Source: Azolla caroliniana (Eukaryota > Plantae > Polypodiophyta). From it: a stretch of 64,000 nt of DNA. Location of the stretch: positions 56,613-120,612 of the forward strand of contig JBHGNT010000072.1 of assembly GCA_043228905.1 (NCBI GenBank), read 5' to 3'. The translations under genes and the position numbers were made by a program. The notes beneath the pieces are model-generated. The model had not been told where the DNA came from. It did not search any database and saw nothing but the letters and a program-made list of their open reading frames with translations. Below are positions 24,125 through 35,695 of this stretch, one piece after another. Position 1 is the stretch's first letter. Each line of letters opens with the position of its first letter.

Positions 24125-25180
24125 CCTATCGTGGTTGTATTCTCGGCTCCTATCATTATGATCCTGATCATACTCATCCTGTCTGTCGTTGGATCGGATG
24201 TCTTGTATTGGTCGGTAACGGTCATCTCGCCTGAACCGTTTATCGTCGTTTTGCCGCTCGGTCCAAGGTTCAATCTGCCGGACTGGTGCCGCTTGTCGGT
24301 TTAGTAGATTATATTCACATCGGTCCATTGTGTGTGATCGGGACTTACATAACATGCATTGTGTTCTCATTGTGCATACCGTTGAGTGACCGGGGTTAAG
24401 GCACGCTGTGCATTGTACGGCCTGTCGAAACCGGAGGTCTTCTTCGGTAGGGAGTGCTCGTTGGAGTGCTCCCATTGTCAGCCAAGAACTGTTCTTGTCC
24501 ATTTCCATGACCTGGTCAATGACTTGGTCTATTGTGTTGGTTTGGAAATCTATTACCGCGCACATTGTTCAGAGCAGTTCTCGAAGCGCTGCCAAAAATA
24601 TCGCTTTCACTTCTTCTTCCGGCGGTGCTTTGGTGAGTTGACAGTGTAGCGTCTGGAACCGGATGGTGAACTGTGGCACAGTTTCTGTTGGGTCCTGTTG
24701 TGTCGTATAGAACTGATCGGCGATTTCTCTTTGTTCCACTTGTTTGTGGAAGAAGCGCAAAAACTTTGTCTTTAATTCTTCAAATGTGGCAATACTACTG
24801 GGAAGGTGTGTTATGCCATTGTGCCGCCGGTCCTTCCAGGGTCATGCCGAATTTTGCTATCTTCGAGCGTTCTTCCTATGCTTCAGTCAGCCGTTGTGAA
24901 ACATTGTTCGCTTCCAATGTTTGGAGAAAGGCATAGATGTGGGTCTCCACGTCCGGGTCATCCTGGTATTTCACATATTGGTATGGCATGGTGTCGTCGT
25001 CTATCGGTTTTGCCAGAGGTGGCGTTGGTACTCGGTCCTCCTGTTTCTTTGGTGACTTGGGTGGTGATGTTGGAGACCGTTCCTCCCGAGTCTCCGATTG
25101 GTTGTGTGGTGATGTAGGCACTTGCTCGTCTGTTTCTTTCCCGCTGGTTCGAACCTGTTTCGTTGACCGGGGATGTTGGT
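24125..25180 (-). pseudogene. Disrupted retrotransposon Gag-like ORF with two zinc knuckles
   Basis: FGMTLEGPAAQW...FEELKTKFL...QQDPTETVPQFTIRF (Retrotrans_gag-like), CTACLNPGHSTVC and CMLCKSRSHTMDRC, an RD-rich tail; stops and frameshifts. Confidence 0.75.
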
Positions 25181-25181
25181 T

Positions 25182-25183
<2 letters not shown>

Positions 25184-25218
<35 letters not shown>
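25184..25218. repeat. (GA)n microsatellite at the LINE 3' junction
   Basis: Direct read. Confidence 0.95.
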
Positions 25219-25219
<1 letters not shown>

Positions 25220-25223
<4 letters not shown>

Positions 25224-25679
25224 GATTATATTATCATCTTCGGAGGTCATATATGACCTATGAGACCAAAAGAATTACATTTCACATGATACATGTGAGT
25301 GAGTAGCGACTCTCGATGGTCAAGAACTTTACCAATGAATGTTGCAATCGAGAGTGCACATTGTGGTTGTGAGAGAAATTTGTGCAAGGATTGGGCTTGG
25401 TTAAAGATGTGTGGAAAGCATGGTCGAATATGGTCAAAGGCAGAGCATTGTATCAAAGTGTGATACTCAAACTCTTGAGCTTGTTTAGGGTAAAGTGTGC
25501 ATAATTGACCGCTCTCATCACTTGTGCCCCAACGCCCCGTCTCACATTGCAATGCATGTGAGCCAAGTCGCATGGAAGCAATGGTTTGAATAGAAGCCAA
25601 CAGAATGGGATGTAATATGTATCAATGTGTACGGTTTCCCTGTTCCGCGAAGAATATGGTTTTATAGTTAGGTGCAACA
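25220..25679 (-). mobile_element. RTE/RTEX-like LINE 3' end
   Basis: RLGSHALQCETGRW...EYHTLIQC and a 3' UTR containing aggtca-tata-tgacct. Confidence 0.85.
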
Positions 25680-26016
25680 TGTGTTGTCTTGATAGGGTTC
25701 GAGGAGAGAACTATGAAAAACCGGATATATCCGTAGTTTTGGAGGTAGATCAAGACGAAAAGGGACATCATTAATTTTTCCGATAATACGGAAAGGCCCT
25801 AATCGTCGATAATCCAATTCATCGCATGGTCGAGTAGTCAGGATGGAAGCCAATGACGATCCGCATAATCCTTCTGTGTTTGTTGAGCTTGATGTAGATG
25901 GGTTGAGAGGTCTACATGTATCTTGCATAGCCGCTCCAAATTATCCTTTGAATGACAAGCCGATTGGAAGGGTCAAAAACCCATGTTGCTTGCAGTCATG
26001 CTGGTCCCAAGATTAC

Positions 26017-27900
26017 TCACTTTTGATTATCGAATGCTGGATCACTGGGACGAGGTGCTAGACACGAGCGCCGTGATAATGCATCTGCCTTCCCTTGTTG
26101 CTTCCCAGGACAATATGTAATTTTGAAGTCGAAACGATTGAGGAATTGGGCCCATTGAGCTTGTCGTGGATTTAATACACGAGCATTGTGGAAGTAAGCA
26201 AGATTTTTGTGATCATTGAATACAATGACTTGATGAGAAGATCCCTCTAAAAAATGTCTCCATTGTGCAAAAGAGTCCACTATTGCTAATAGCTCCTTGT
26301 CATGTATCGTAATTGATTTCGACAACGTCAAACTTGCGCGAGTGGAATGCCACAGGATGTAATTTTTCATCATCGCCTTGTTGTGATAGAATGCAGCCAA
26401 AGGCAAAATCCGACGCGTCTGCCTCAATGATGAACGGTTTTCTCGGATCAACATGAGCTAGAATAGGAGCTGTGTCTGCTTCCTTAGACCAAACAAATGA
26501 CTACCCCTTCTTGGTAAGTTGTGTGAGAGGCAAAATAAGCTTTGAGTAGTCCTGTATAAACTTGCGGTAGAAATTTGTGAAGCCTAAAAAACATTGCACA
26601 TCTCGCAAAGAATGTGGAGTCTGCCACTCTACCACAGTTTTGACCTTAGTTGGATCCATAGAGATGCCTTCCGAGGAGATGACATAGCCTAGAAATTCCA
26701 CTTGGTGGCACTCAAAACTACATTTTTCTAGTTTTGCATAAAGACCATGTTCTTGAAGTCGTTTGAGTACTAATAGTACATGAGAATCATGCTCTTCTTG
26801 AGTCTTTGAATAAATTAGTAGATCATCCAAATAGATGATCAAACAGATATCCAAGAGATCTCGGAATATATCATTTGCCATGTGATGGAAGACTATTGGT
26901 GCATTGATGAAACCAAATGGCATAACCGTATACTTGAAGTGCCCATATCGGGTGCGAAAAGCGGTCTACCATTCATCTCCCGGTCGGATCCGTACGAGGT
27001 TATATGCTCCTCGTAAATCGATCTTTGTGAAGAACTTTGCACCGTTAATCCCTTCTAAAAGCCTTGAGATAAGGGGCATGCATACCTATTCTTGATGGTG
27101 ACTTGAGTCAAGCCACAATAATCCATGATGAGACGAAGTGAACCATCCTTTTTCTTGACAAAGAAAATGGGTGTGCCCGCTAGAGATTTTGAATGTCGAA
27201 TGAACCCGTTTGCCAAATTCTCCTCTATGTAGGCTCGAAGGACTTCTAGCTCGGTTAGTGACAAGTTGTAGATCGGTCCCCATGGTGGCTCTTTTCTTGG
27301 TTGTAAATCAATGGGACAATCATACGGTCGATGGTGAGGAAGAGTACTAGCTTGTACCTTATCAAACACATCGGCATAATGACAATACTTCTCTGGAAGT
27401 TGAACTATGGATTCCTCTTTAGTGGTGTTGGAAGGTTTTACTAATACTGCGAATACAAACATGATTGATTCCTTGCATCCTTCCTCACGCAATTGATGTA
27501 GTGAAATGGTTGAAATTCGATGAGTAGATCCTCGGGTTTGTCAATGCCAGATTTCTCTTGTTCTCCAATCTATGTCTGGGTTATGTTATTCGAACCATGT
27601 TAACCCCAAGACAATTGGATGCTCTCTAAGACTATTAATTATATTAAATGATTCTACACACACCAAATTATCTAGGACAACCTGAATCGGCTCTAACTCT
27701 TCTACGATATTTTGGAAAGCAATGGGGCGACCATCAATGACTATTACAGATGCTAGGCAAGGAAACTTTCTTAAGGATATTTGATGAGCTTGGGAAAAAT
27801 TCCTATCCATGAAGAAAGAATTGGCTCCAGAATCTAAGACTGCTAAGACATGTATTGGCGGGGTACTTTTAGTACTAACTATTACTTGAGCTAAGAATAC
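26017..27900 (-). pseudogene. Element A pol (PR-RT-RNase H), disrupted
   Basis: ORFs 27586-27810, 27055-27492, 26501-26923 and 26017-26454, with YLDD and HDKELLAI...DHKNL...ADALSR. Confidence 0.88.
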
Positions 27901-28580
27901 ATTGCTAACTTGCTTAGAGGGAATGGAACCACTAATGGGCTACACAGATCTAGGGCTGTCCAACCAAACAACTCCTATTTTGGCTGGACTTAGTCGTTTA
28001 ACTCTTCTTTTAACTGACAAAGGACTTCAAATTTGTTCAATACACTTGAGTTATTAGTACTATTAGGACTATCAGACACTCCTACTGAAATAGACTCGGG
28101 TTTAGTACAAGCCACTATTTGATTTACTTGTCTTCTTGGCCTATGTGAATAGTTTACTACGATATGCACTAGTCCTCCGCAATAAAGACATAATCGATTT
28201 GCTCGGTGTCATTGCTTTTCTTCTTTCGACAATTGTCCACGACGACATGTGGTGTTGATTTTCATCGTTGTTGGAGTATTTGCCGAAGATGCATTATATG
28301 ATTCCCTTGCAAATGGTTTTGCTACGACCGAATTGTGTGTGGGCTACGGCCTAGTCCTTGGCATTTGTAACTGGTGTTCCGAATGTCGTTCGAAAAACTG
28401 GTTATCACATCGTACCGCTCGACCGATTCCCTTTGTGAGAGATTTTGGTTCTTCGGTGAAAGCCAGGAGTAAGTCTTTGACATCATTTCGTAGGCCATAT
28501 TGAAATTGCTCCATCAATGCTTGATTATCCCGGGGGATATCGGAGGCGAGTAGATGGAAATCTGCAACGTAAGTGGAGGC

Positions 28581-29039
28581 TGTCATGATATGGCAAGACT
28601 CGAACCCATGAACTTATGTTAAGAAATGGGTCGAGCTCTTGACCATTAGACTATATGCTGTAATATGAAGGATATTATTTTCATTTAGGTTTTACTATAG
28701 AAAATTGATGTATATTCCAGATTTCTCTGGAACATTCTAGAAACTTCAGGAGTACTCCTAAGAACACTATACAAGGAGGCACAAGGCATTATTTCGAACC
28801 AAATCGGTTCAACGCCAGTCTTAAGCCTCTTAGCTACTATTGTATATTCCCTTAACATAATATATATCTTTTGTTATCCTCATTCTCTCTCTCTCTCTCT
28901 CACTCACTCACTCACTCTCTCCTTCTCTCGAGAGTTCAACACCTCCCTTAGTACTAATCCTCATCCTTTAGTACTAATTCCTTCTCTGTTTTAGTACTAT
29001 TCCTGATAGTACTTCTTTGTCTTAGTACTACTCCTGACA
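28581..29039 (+). repeat. Element B 5' LTR
   Basis: tgtcatgata...ctcctgaca, homologous to 39931-40382 and to the reverse complement of 41018-41477. TATA-like tatacaa near 28768. Confidence 0.95.
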
Positions 29040-29053
29040 GTTTGAACCGATTT
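29040..29053 (+). promoter_or_regulatory. Self-priming-type primer binding site
   Basis: ttgaaccgattt (29042-53) is the exact complement of aaatcggttcaa (28801-12) inside the LTR. There is no TGG tRNA-type PBS. Confidence 0.8.
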
Positions 29054-29579
29054 TTCTCTCCTTCCTTCTCTTCCTTTATCTTCTTACTTCTCCCTCCCTT
29101 CATACTAATATCTTATTCCTCTTTTCTCTCATATTATGGCCATTGTTAGCGCTCAAGAATATCAATCCATTTTCTCAGAGCTGCAATGCTTGAAAGAGAA
29201 GTTCCTTGCTTTGGAACAAGAAAATCAACGGTTGTTGGGGGATCTTCAACAAATCTCCTTAGAAAAGCAGTAGACGCAACAACAACATGGGGAACTAGTG
29301 GTACCCGTGGAACAACTCGAAGCAACCTTAGTAGCGATGCAACAACAAGGACCTAGTACGCAAGGGATTTATAAAGAACCCAAGATCGGCATTCCCATGA
29401 AATTTGATGGAACGCGATCACAGTTTAGAGGATTCCTTAATCAAGTATGATTAGTCATTCAAATGCATCCTTCTCGATATCCCACCGATGCATCACGAGT
29501 GGGACTAGTAGGCATGGCTTTTGTTGGGAGACAGGTCCCTCCGGATGTGAAGGGAGAAGAACAGTGCCGACGAAACGGT

Positions 29580-29797
29580 ATGAGGAGTACCCGGCTACGG
29601 AGAGCCGGATGGTACAAACCCGGTGAAGACCGGATGAGGAGTACCCGGCTACGGAGAGCCGGATGGTGCAGACCCGGTGCAGACCGGATGAGGAGCACCC
29701 GGCTACGGAGAGCCGGATGGTGCAGGCCCGGTGAGAACCGGATGAGGAGCACCCGGCTACAGAGAGCCGGATGACGCAGACCCGGTGAGAACCGGAG
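29580..29797 (+). repeat. 54-bp tandem repeat x4 in Copia C U3 (also 34427-34644)
   Basis: Units start at 29580, 29634, 29688 and 29742. Confidence 0.95.
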
Positions 29798-30296
29798 GAA
29801 GAGACATATTCGTAAATATGTTTCTGAGAGCCCATCGAGGCTATATTTGTAAACAGCCGAAAAGTCATATTAGTATAAATATGACTTAGGGCAAACCTTT
29901 TTTGTAGTTGCTGTTATTTTTTTCCTTGTTGGTGCAAGAAGAAGAGAGAGCGCGTAACTGTATAGAGAGAGAGAGAGAGAACGAGGTCGTTGCCTCTGTT
30001 GTAACCGCCGCCTGTGGCGAAGATCGTGAGCACGAGGTCGTTGCCTCCGTGAACTCACTGCTTGTACATTCTTACATAGTGACAGTTTGCAGCCTGTGGA
30101 TTGCCGTGGTTTTTTCCCCTAGTTTGGGGTTTTCCACGTAAACCTCCTGTGTATTGTGTGTATCTTCTCTCACTTCGTGTCGTGCATTTGTTTCCCGTTT
30201 TCTACGTATGAAAAGAAGCTCGGTTGTGGCTGAGCGTTGGACATAAGGAGCGTTTGAGTTCTCGTCAAGTGGTATCAGAGCGAAACGACACAGAAA

Positions 30297-33200
30297 ATGG
30301 ACGAATCGTTTGGCGGCATGTTCAAGCTCACCGGCTCCAACTACTCAGTGTGGAAGTCGAAGATGAGGGACATGCTCGTGGTCAAAGACCTCTGGCTGCC
30401 GGTTCAGTTCGGGGACAAGAGACCAGACAAAATCGACGCCGCGATATGGGAGGTGATGCACATGAAGACAACGACATACGTACGGTGCTTCATCGACATG
30501 AGCCTGTACAACAACTTCAATGAAGAGAGCAAGGCTCATGAGCTCTGGGAGAAGATCGGCATAATGTTTCAAAACAAAAATGCTGTTAACCAGGTTTCGG
30601 TATTTCGGAAGCTAGTAAGACTTCGGTACCAAGATGGCTCCAGCATGGCGGAGCACATGAATGCCTTCCAGGGGCTGATTCACCAGGCAACTTCATTGGA
30701 AGTACCTCTCGCCGATGAGGTACTTGTGCTACTCCTGCTCGGTTCCCTCCCGGATAGCTGGGAGTCGTTGGTTGTCACCTTGGGCAACGCCGGGCCGGAA
30801 GGAAAGCGGTTATCCCTAGCAAGAATAAAGTCGAGCTTGCTAGATGAGGAGGCACGTTGGAAAGATAAAGATACGAGCTCCGACTTCAAAGCGCTCCTTA
30901 CCGAATCGGAACGCGGAAGACATAGAAACCGTAGTCCCCAGAACCGGGAGAAGTCGGGGACACGATCAAAGTCAAGGGGGAGGCCCACTTGCTTCTATTG
31001 CGGCAAGCCGGGGCACTTCCAAAAGAACTGTCAGCATTTCCGTAAAGACAAGGAAATCGACGGTACCGATTCGAAGCGGACCCCGGACCGGAACGGTAAA
31101 GACCGGAACGGTAAAGACCGGAAGGGGACGGACCGGAAGGGAACGACGGCAATCACGGCAAGTGAAGAAGAGTTGATGCTCATCACCGAGGAGTGTGAGA
31201 TAAATCTTGCCGGCGACGAGATGACCTGGGTGGTAGACTCCGGAGCGTCGTTCCACCTTACCCCGGACCGGAAATGCTTCTCATCCTACTCAGCCAGTGA
31301 CCACGGCTGTGTCCGGATGGGGAATGAAGGTACATGGAGAATTGTTGGCATAGGAGACGTGTGGTTGTCAACACCAACCGGATGCAAGTTGCTGCTGAAG
31401 GATGTCCGACACGTTCCGGAGATTCGTTTGAACCTGATATCAGCCGGTCGGCTAGATGATGAAGGCTACACAGGTAGCATCCGGAACGGTGTCATGAAGT
31501 TCAGCAAAGGGAGCCTGATTGTGGCTCGGGCCCGGAAGGTCAACACACTGTACCTGATGAATGCCCGGTTATGTCCGGAAGAAGTGAACGTGGCATCCGA
31601 CACTGCCGGTGAGCTGTGGCACAAGAGGTTGTGTCATATGAGCGAGAAGGGGATGAAGAGGCTTGCAGATGACAACCTCATTCCAGTGAAGAACGTGCAC
31701 CTGGAGAAGTGCACTGATTGTCTGGCCGGTAAACAAAACTGGACCTCCTTCCGACCAAGGTCACCGATGAGATGTAATGCACCATTAGAGTTAGTGCATA
31801 CGGATGTGTGTCAAGTAGACACGAAGTCACATGCCGGAGCGCAGTACTTCGTGATGTTCATAGATGACCACAGCCGGAAGCTGTGGGCCACACCGTTGAA
31901 GACGAAGGATCAGGTGTTATCCGTCTTCAAAGAGCTCCACGCGAGAGTGGAAAGAGAAACCGGCCGGAAGTTGAAGGCGGTTCGAGTAGATAACGGAGGA
32001 GAGTACCGGGGGCAGTTCGAGGAGTACTGCCGCTCGAAGGGAATCCGGCTCGAATTTACCGTGCCGAAGACGCCGGAACTAAACGGACTGGCCGAGAGGA
32101 TGAACCAGACCATAATGGAGAGGGTCCGGAGTATGCTAGCGCATGCAAAACTACCCAAGAAGTTTTGGGCTGAGGCACTGTCGACGGCGACATATGTGAT
32201 AAACAGATCACCCTCAGTACCCTTGGAAGGAGACACGCCACAGAGAGTATGGACCGGTAAGGAAGTGTCCTACCAGCACTTGAAGGTGTTCGGGTGTCTC
32301 GCGTACGTGCATGTAGCAAAGGACCGGAGAGGAAAGTTAGATCCAAAGACCCGGCCATTGCATATTCCTCGGTTACGGTGACGATGAGTTCGGCTACCGA
32401 GTGTGGGACCCGATCGACAAGAAGGTATTCCGGAGTCGAGATATTATCTTCATGGAGGACAAGACGCTCGCCGACTGGGAGTCGGAGAAGAAGATAATGA
32501 TCTCCGAGTCGACCGGTAAAGATCGACTCTACGATGAGCAGACCCAACCGGCAAGAGACCGGTTAGCACTCGAGGGACCAGCCGGTTACGGTGAGGATAC
32601 CGAACAGGCTGAAGAAGAAGTAGTGGAAGCTGAAACCGGAACCGGCCAAGACCCCGAATCAGATTCGGATGAAGAGCAAATGGAGGAGCCGGTTACCGAA
32701 GCCCGAAGACGCAGATATCCTCTCAGAGAGAGAAGGGCCCCCTGGAGATTTCCGGATACAGAGCATGTTCTGCTGACCGATGAGGGGGAGCCGGAAAGCT
32801 TCGAAGAAGCGAAGGAAGACACCCACAGCCGAAAGTGGTTAAGTGCCATGCAGGACGAGATGGATTCCCTGCATGAGAACCATATGTACGAATTGGTGGA
32901 GTTGCTGAAAGGAAAGCGGGCACTCCGGAACAAGTGGGTGTACAAGTTGAAACCGGGAGATGCCGGCAACCCCCGAGATACAAAGCCAGGATCGTGGTGA
33001 AGGGGTTCCAGCAAAAGAAGGGCGTAGACTTCGACAAGATATTTGCCCCGGTTGTAAAGATGAACTCCATCTGGACGGTGTTGAGTATAGCAGCAAGCAT
33101 GGACCTCGAGGTAGAGCAGCTGGACGTGAAGACGACATTCCTTCACGGCAACCTCGAAGAGGAGATCTACATGCAGCAACCGGAAGGATTCGTGGAGAAA

Positions 33201-34358
33201 GGGAAGGAGCACCTGGTATGCCGGTTGAAGAAGAGCCTGTACGGACTGAAGCAGGCTCCCCGACAATGGTACCGGAAGTTCGACTCCTTCATGACCAATC
33301 AAGGGTACCACAAGACGCAGGCCGATCACTGCGTGTTTGTGAAGAAGTTTGAAGGAGACGACTTCCTGATACTCCTTCTGTACGTGGATGACATGTTGAT
33401 CGTCGGACATGACCAAGTCAAAATACGGATGCTGAAGAAGGCTCTCAACCGGACCTTCTCAATGAAAGACTTGGGTCCGGCAAGACAGATGTTGGGGATG
33501 CACATCATCCGGAACCGGTCAGCGAAGCAATTATGGCTGTCACAGGAGAAGTATGTGACAAAGGTGCTTCACTGGTTCAACATGTTAGAAGCGAAACCAG
33601 TCGGATCGACATTTCCGGCAAACTGCAGGCTATCTAGCAAGCAAAGACCGAAGACGAAAGCAGAGAAGGCGGATATGATGAAGATTCCATATGCCTCTAC
33701 CGTCGGGAGCTTGATGTACGCAATGGTTTGTACTCGACCGGACATAGGATACACAGTCGGAGTGGTGAGCCGGTTCATGAGTAATCCCGGCAAGGAGCAC
33801 TGGAACGCGGTCAAGTGGATACTCCGGTATTTGAAGGGCACTTCAAATATGTGTCTCCGATTCGGCTCCGGAAAACCTCAACTGGACGGTTTCACCGATT
33901 CGGACATGTCGGCTGATGTGGATACCAGCCGGTCTACATCCGGATATGTAATGACACATGCAGGGGGAGCTGTTTCGTGGCAGTCGAGGCTACAGAAGAC
34001 GGTTGCTTTGTCAACCACGAAGGCGGAGTACATGGCAGCTATGGAAGCCGGCAAGGAAATCTTATGGATGAAGGACTTCATTGGTGAGCTCGGTATACGG
34101 CAAGAGGAATACCGACTCTATTGCGACAGTCAAAGTGCCATCCACCTTGCTAAGAATTCGGCCTACCATTCCCGGACGAAGCATATCCAGCGGAGGTATC
34201 ACTGGATCCGGGAAAGAGTAGACGACCAAGAGTTCGCACTGATGAAGATCCACACGGCTGAGAACGGGTCAGATATGCTGACCAAAGTGCTGACACCCGA
34301 CAAGCTGGACGCATGCTGGAAGAGGATCAGACTGGTAAGACACCCCATGCCGGAGTGA
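30297..34358 (+). pseudogene. Copia C gag-pol polyprotein with two frameshifts
   Basis: CFYCGKPGHFQKNC, WVVDSGAS, WHKRLCH...C..C, DDE integrase, YVDD RT, RNase H (NGSDMLTK). Frameshifts near 32355 and 32970, by comparison with element D. Confidence 0.93.
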
Positions 34359-35695
34359 AGGGGGAGTTTGTTGGGAAACAAGTCCCTCCGGATGTGAAGG
34401 GAGAAGAACAGTGCCGACGAAACGGTATGAGGAGTACCCGGCTACGGAGAGCCGGATGGTACAGACCCGGTGAAGACCGGATGAGGAGTACCCGGCTACG
34501 GAGAGCCGGATGGTGCAGACCCGGTGAAGACCGGATGAGGAGCACCCGGCTACAGAGAGCCGGATGGTGCAGGCCCGGTGAGAATCGGATGAGGAGCACC
34601 TGGCTACGGAGAGTCGGATGACGCAGACCCGGTGAGAACCGGAGGAAGAGACATATTCGTAAATATGTTTCTGAGAGCCCATCGAGGCTATATTTGTAAA
34701 CAGCCGAAAAGTCATATTAGTATAAATATGACTTAGGGCAAACCTTTTTTGTAGTTGCTGTTATTTTTTTCCTTGTTGGTGCAAGAAGAAGAGAGAGCGT
34801 GTAACTGTACAGAGAGAGAGAGAGAGAACGAGGTCGTTGCCTCTGTTGTAACCGCCGCCTGTGGCGAAGATCGTGAGCACGAGGTCGTTGCCTCCGTGAA
34901 CTCACTGCTTGTACATTCTTACATAGTGACAGTTTGCAGCCTTTGGACTGCCGTGGTTTTTTCCCCTAGTTTGGGGTTTTCCACGTAAACCTCTTGTGTA
35001 TTGTGTGTATCTTCTCTCACTTCGTGTCGTGCATTTGTTTCCCGTTTTCTGCGTATGAAAAGAAGCTCAGTTGTGGCCGAGCGTTGGACATAAGGAGCGT
35101 TTGAGTTCCCGTCTGCTTTGGCATTGTTCGCCTCCCTGTTAGAAAAAAGCTCTCCCTTGTTAAATAATTTTGAAGAGTTTATTACCGAGTTTAAAGCCTG
35201 TTTTGGAGATACCGATAGTGTTAGAACAACAACCAACAAAATCTGAAGATTGCGCCAAGGTGAGCGGTCGGCCTCGGCTTATGCTGCGGATTTCTGTCTT
35301 CTTGCCACCGATATTCCCTGGGATGACCAAGCACTAATGGAGAAATTTTGTTTTTGGCCTACGTAATGATGTTAAAGATTTACTCTTAACTTTCCCCGAG
35401 GAGCCAAAGTCATTGACAGAAGCAATAAGTCGTGTGGTGCAAATGCGATAATCGCATCTTCGAACAAAGTTCGGAATGTCAGTTCCAAATGCCATGGACA
35501 AGATCGGAGCCCACCTATGCTTCAATCGTAGCAAAGCCTTTCCCAAGGGAGTCATTCAATATGTCTCCAACAAATACTCCGACTCCAATGGAAATCGACA
35601 CCACACGTCGCCGCGGACCTCTATCGGAAGAAGAAAAGCAGCGACATAGGGCAAATTGATTATGTCTTTATTGAGGTGGACCGGGGCATATTGTA

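Larger units (their letters stand above)
29522..35114 (+). mobile_element. Near-intact Ty1/Copia element C (Tnt1/Tork-like) inserted in the gag of B
   Basis: 746-bp LTRs 29522-30267 and 34369-35114; TSD GCTTT; tRNA-iMet PBS tggtatcagagc 30270-81; PPT gaagggggag. Confidence 0.97.

Noticed and set aside
29580-29797. CRISPR-like array
   Set aside because: Contiguous tandem units with no unique spacers, duplicated in both LTRs, no cas genes, eukaryotic context.
32586-33416. 276-aa antisense ORF in Copia C, and the repeat-encoded LTR ORFs
   Set aside because: Shadow frames of GC-rich pol and of a 54-bp (multiple of 3) repeat; no independent coding evidence.
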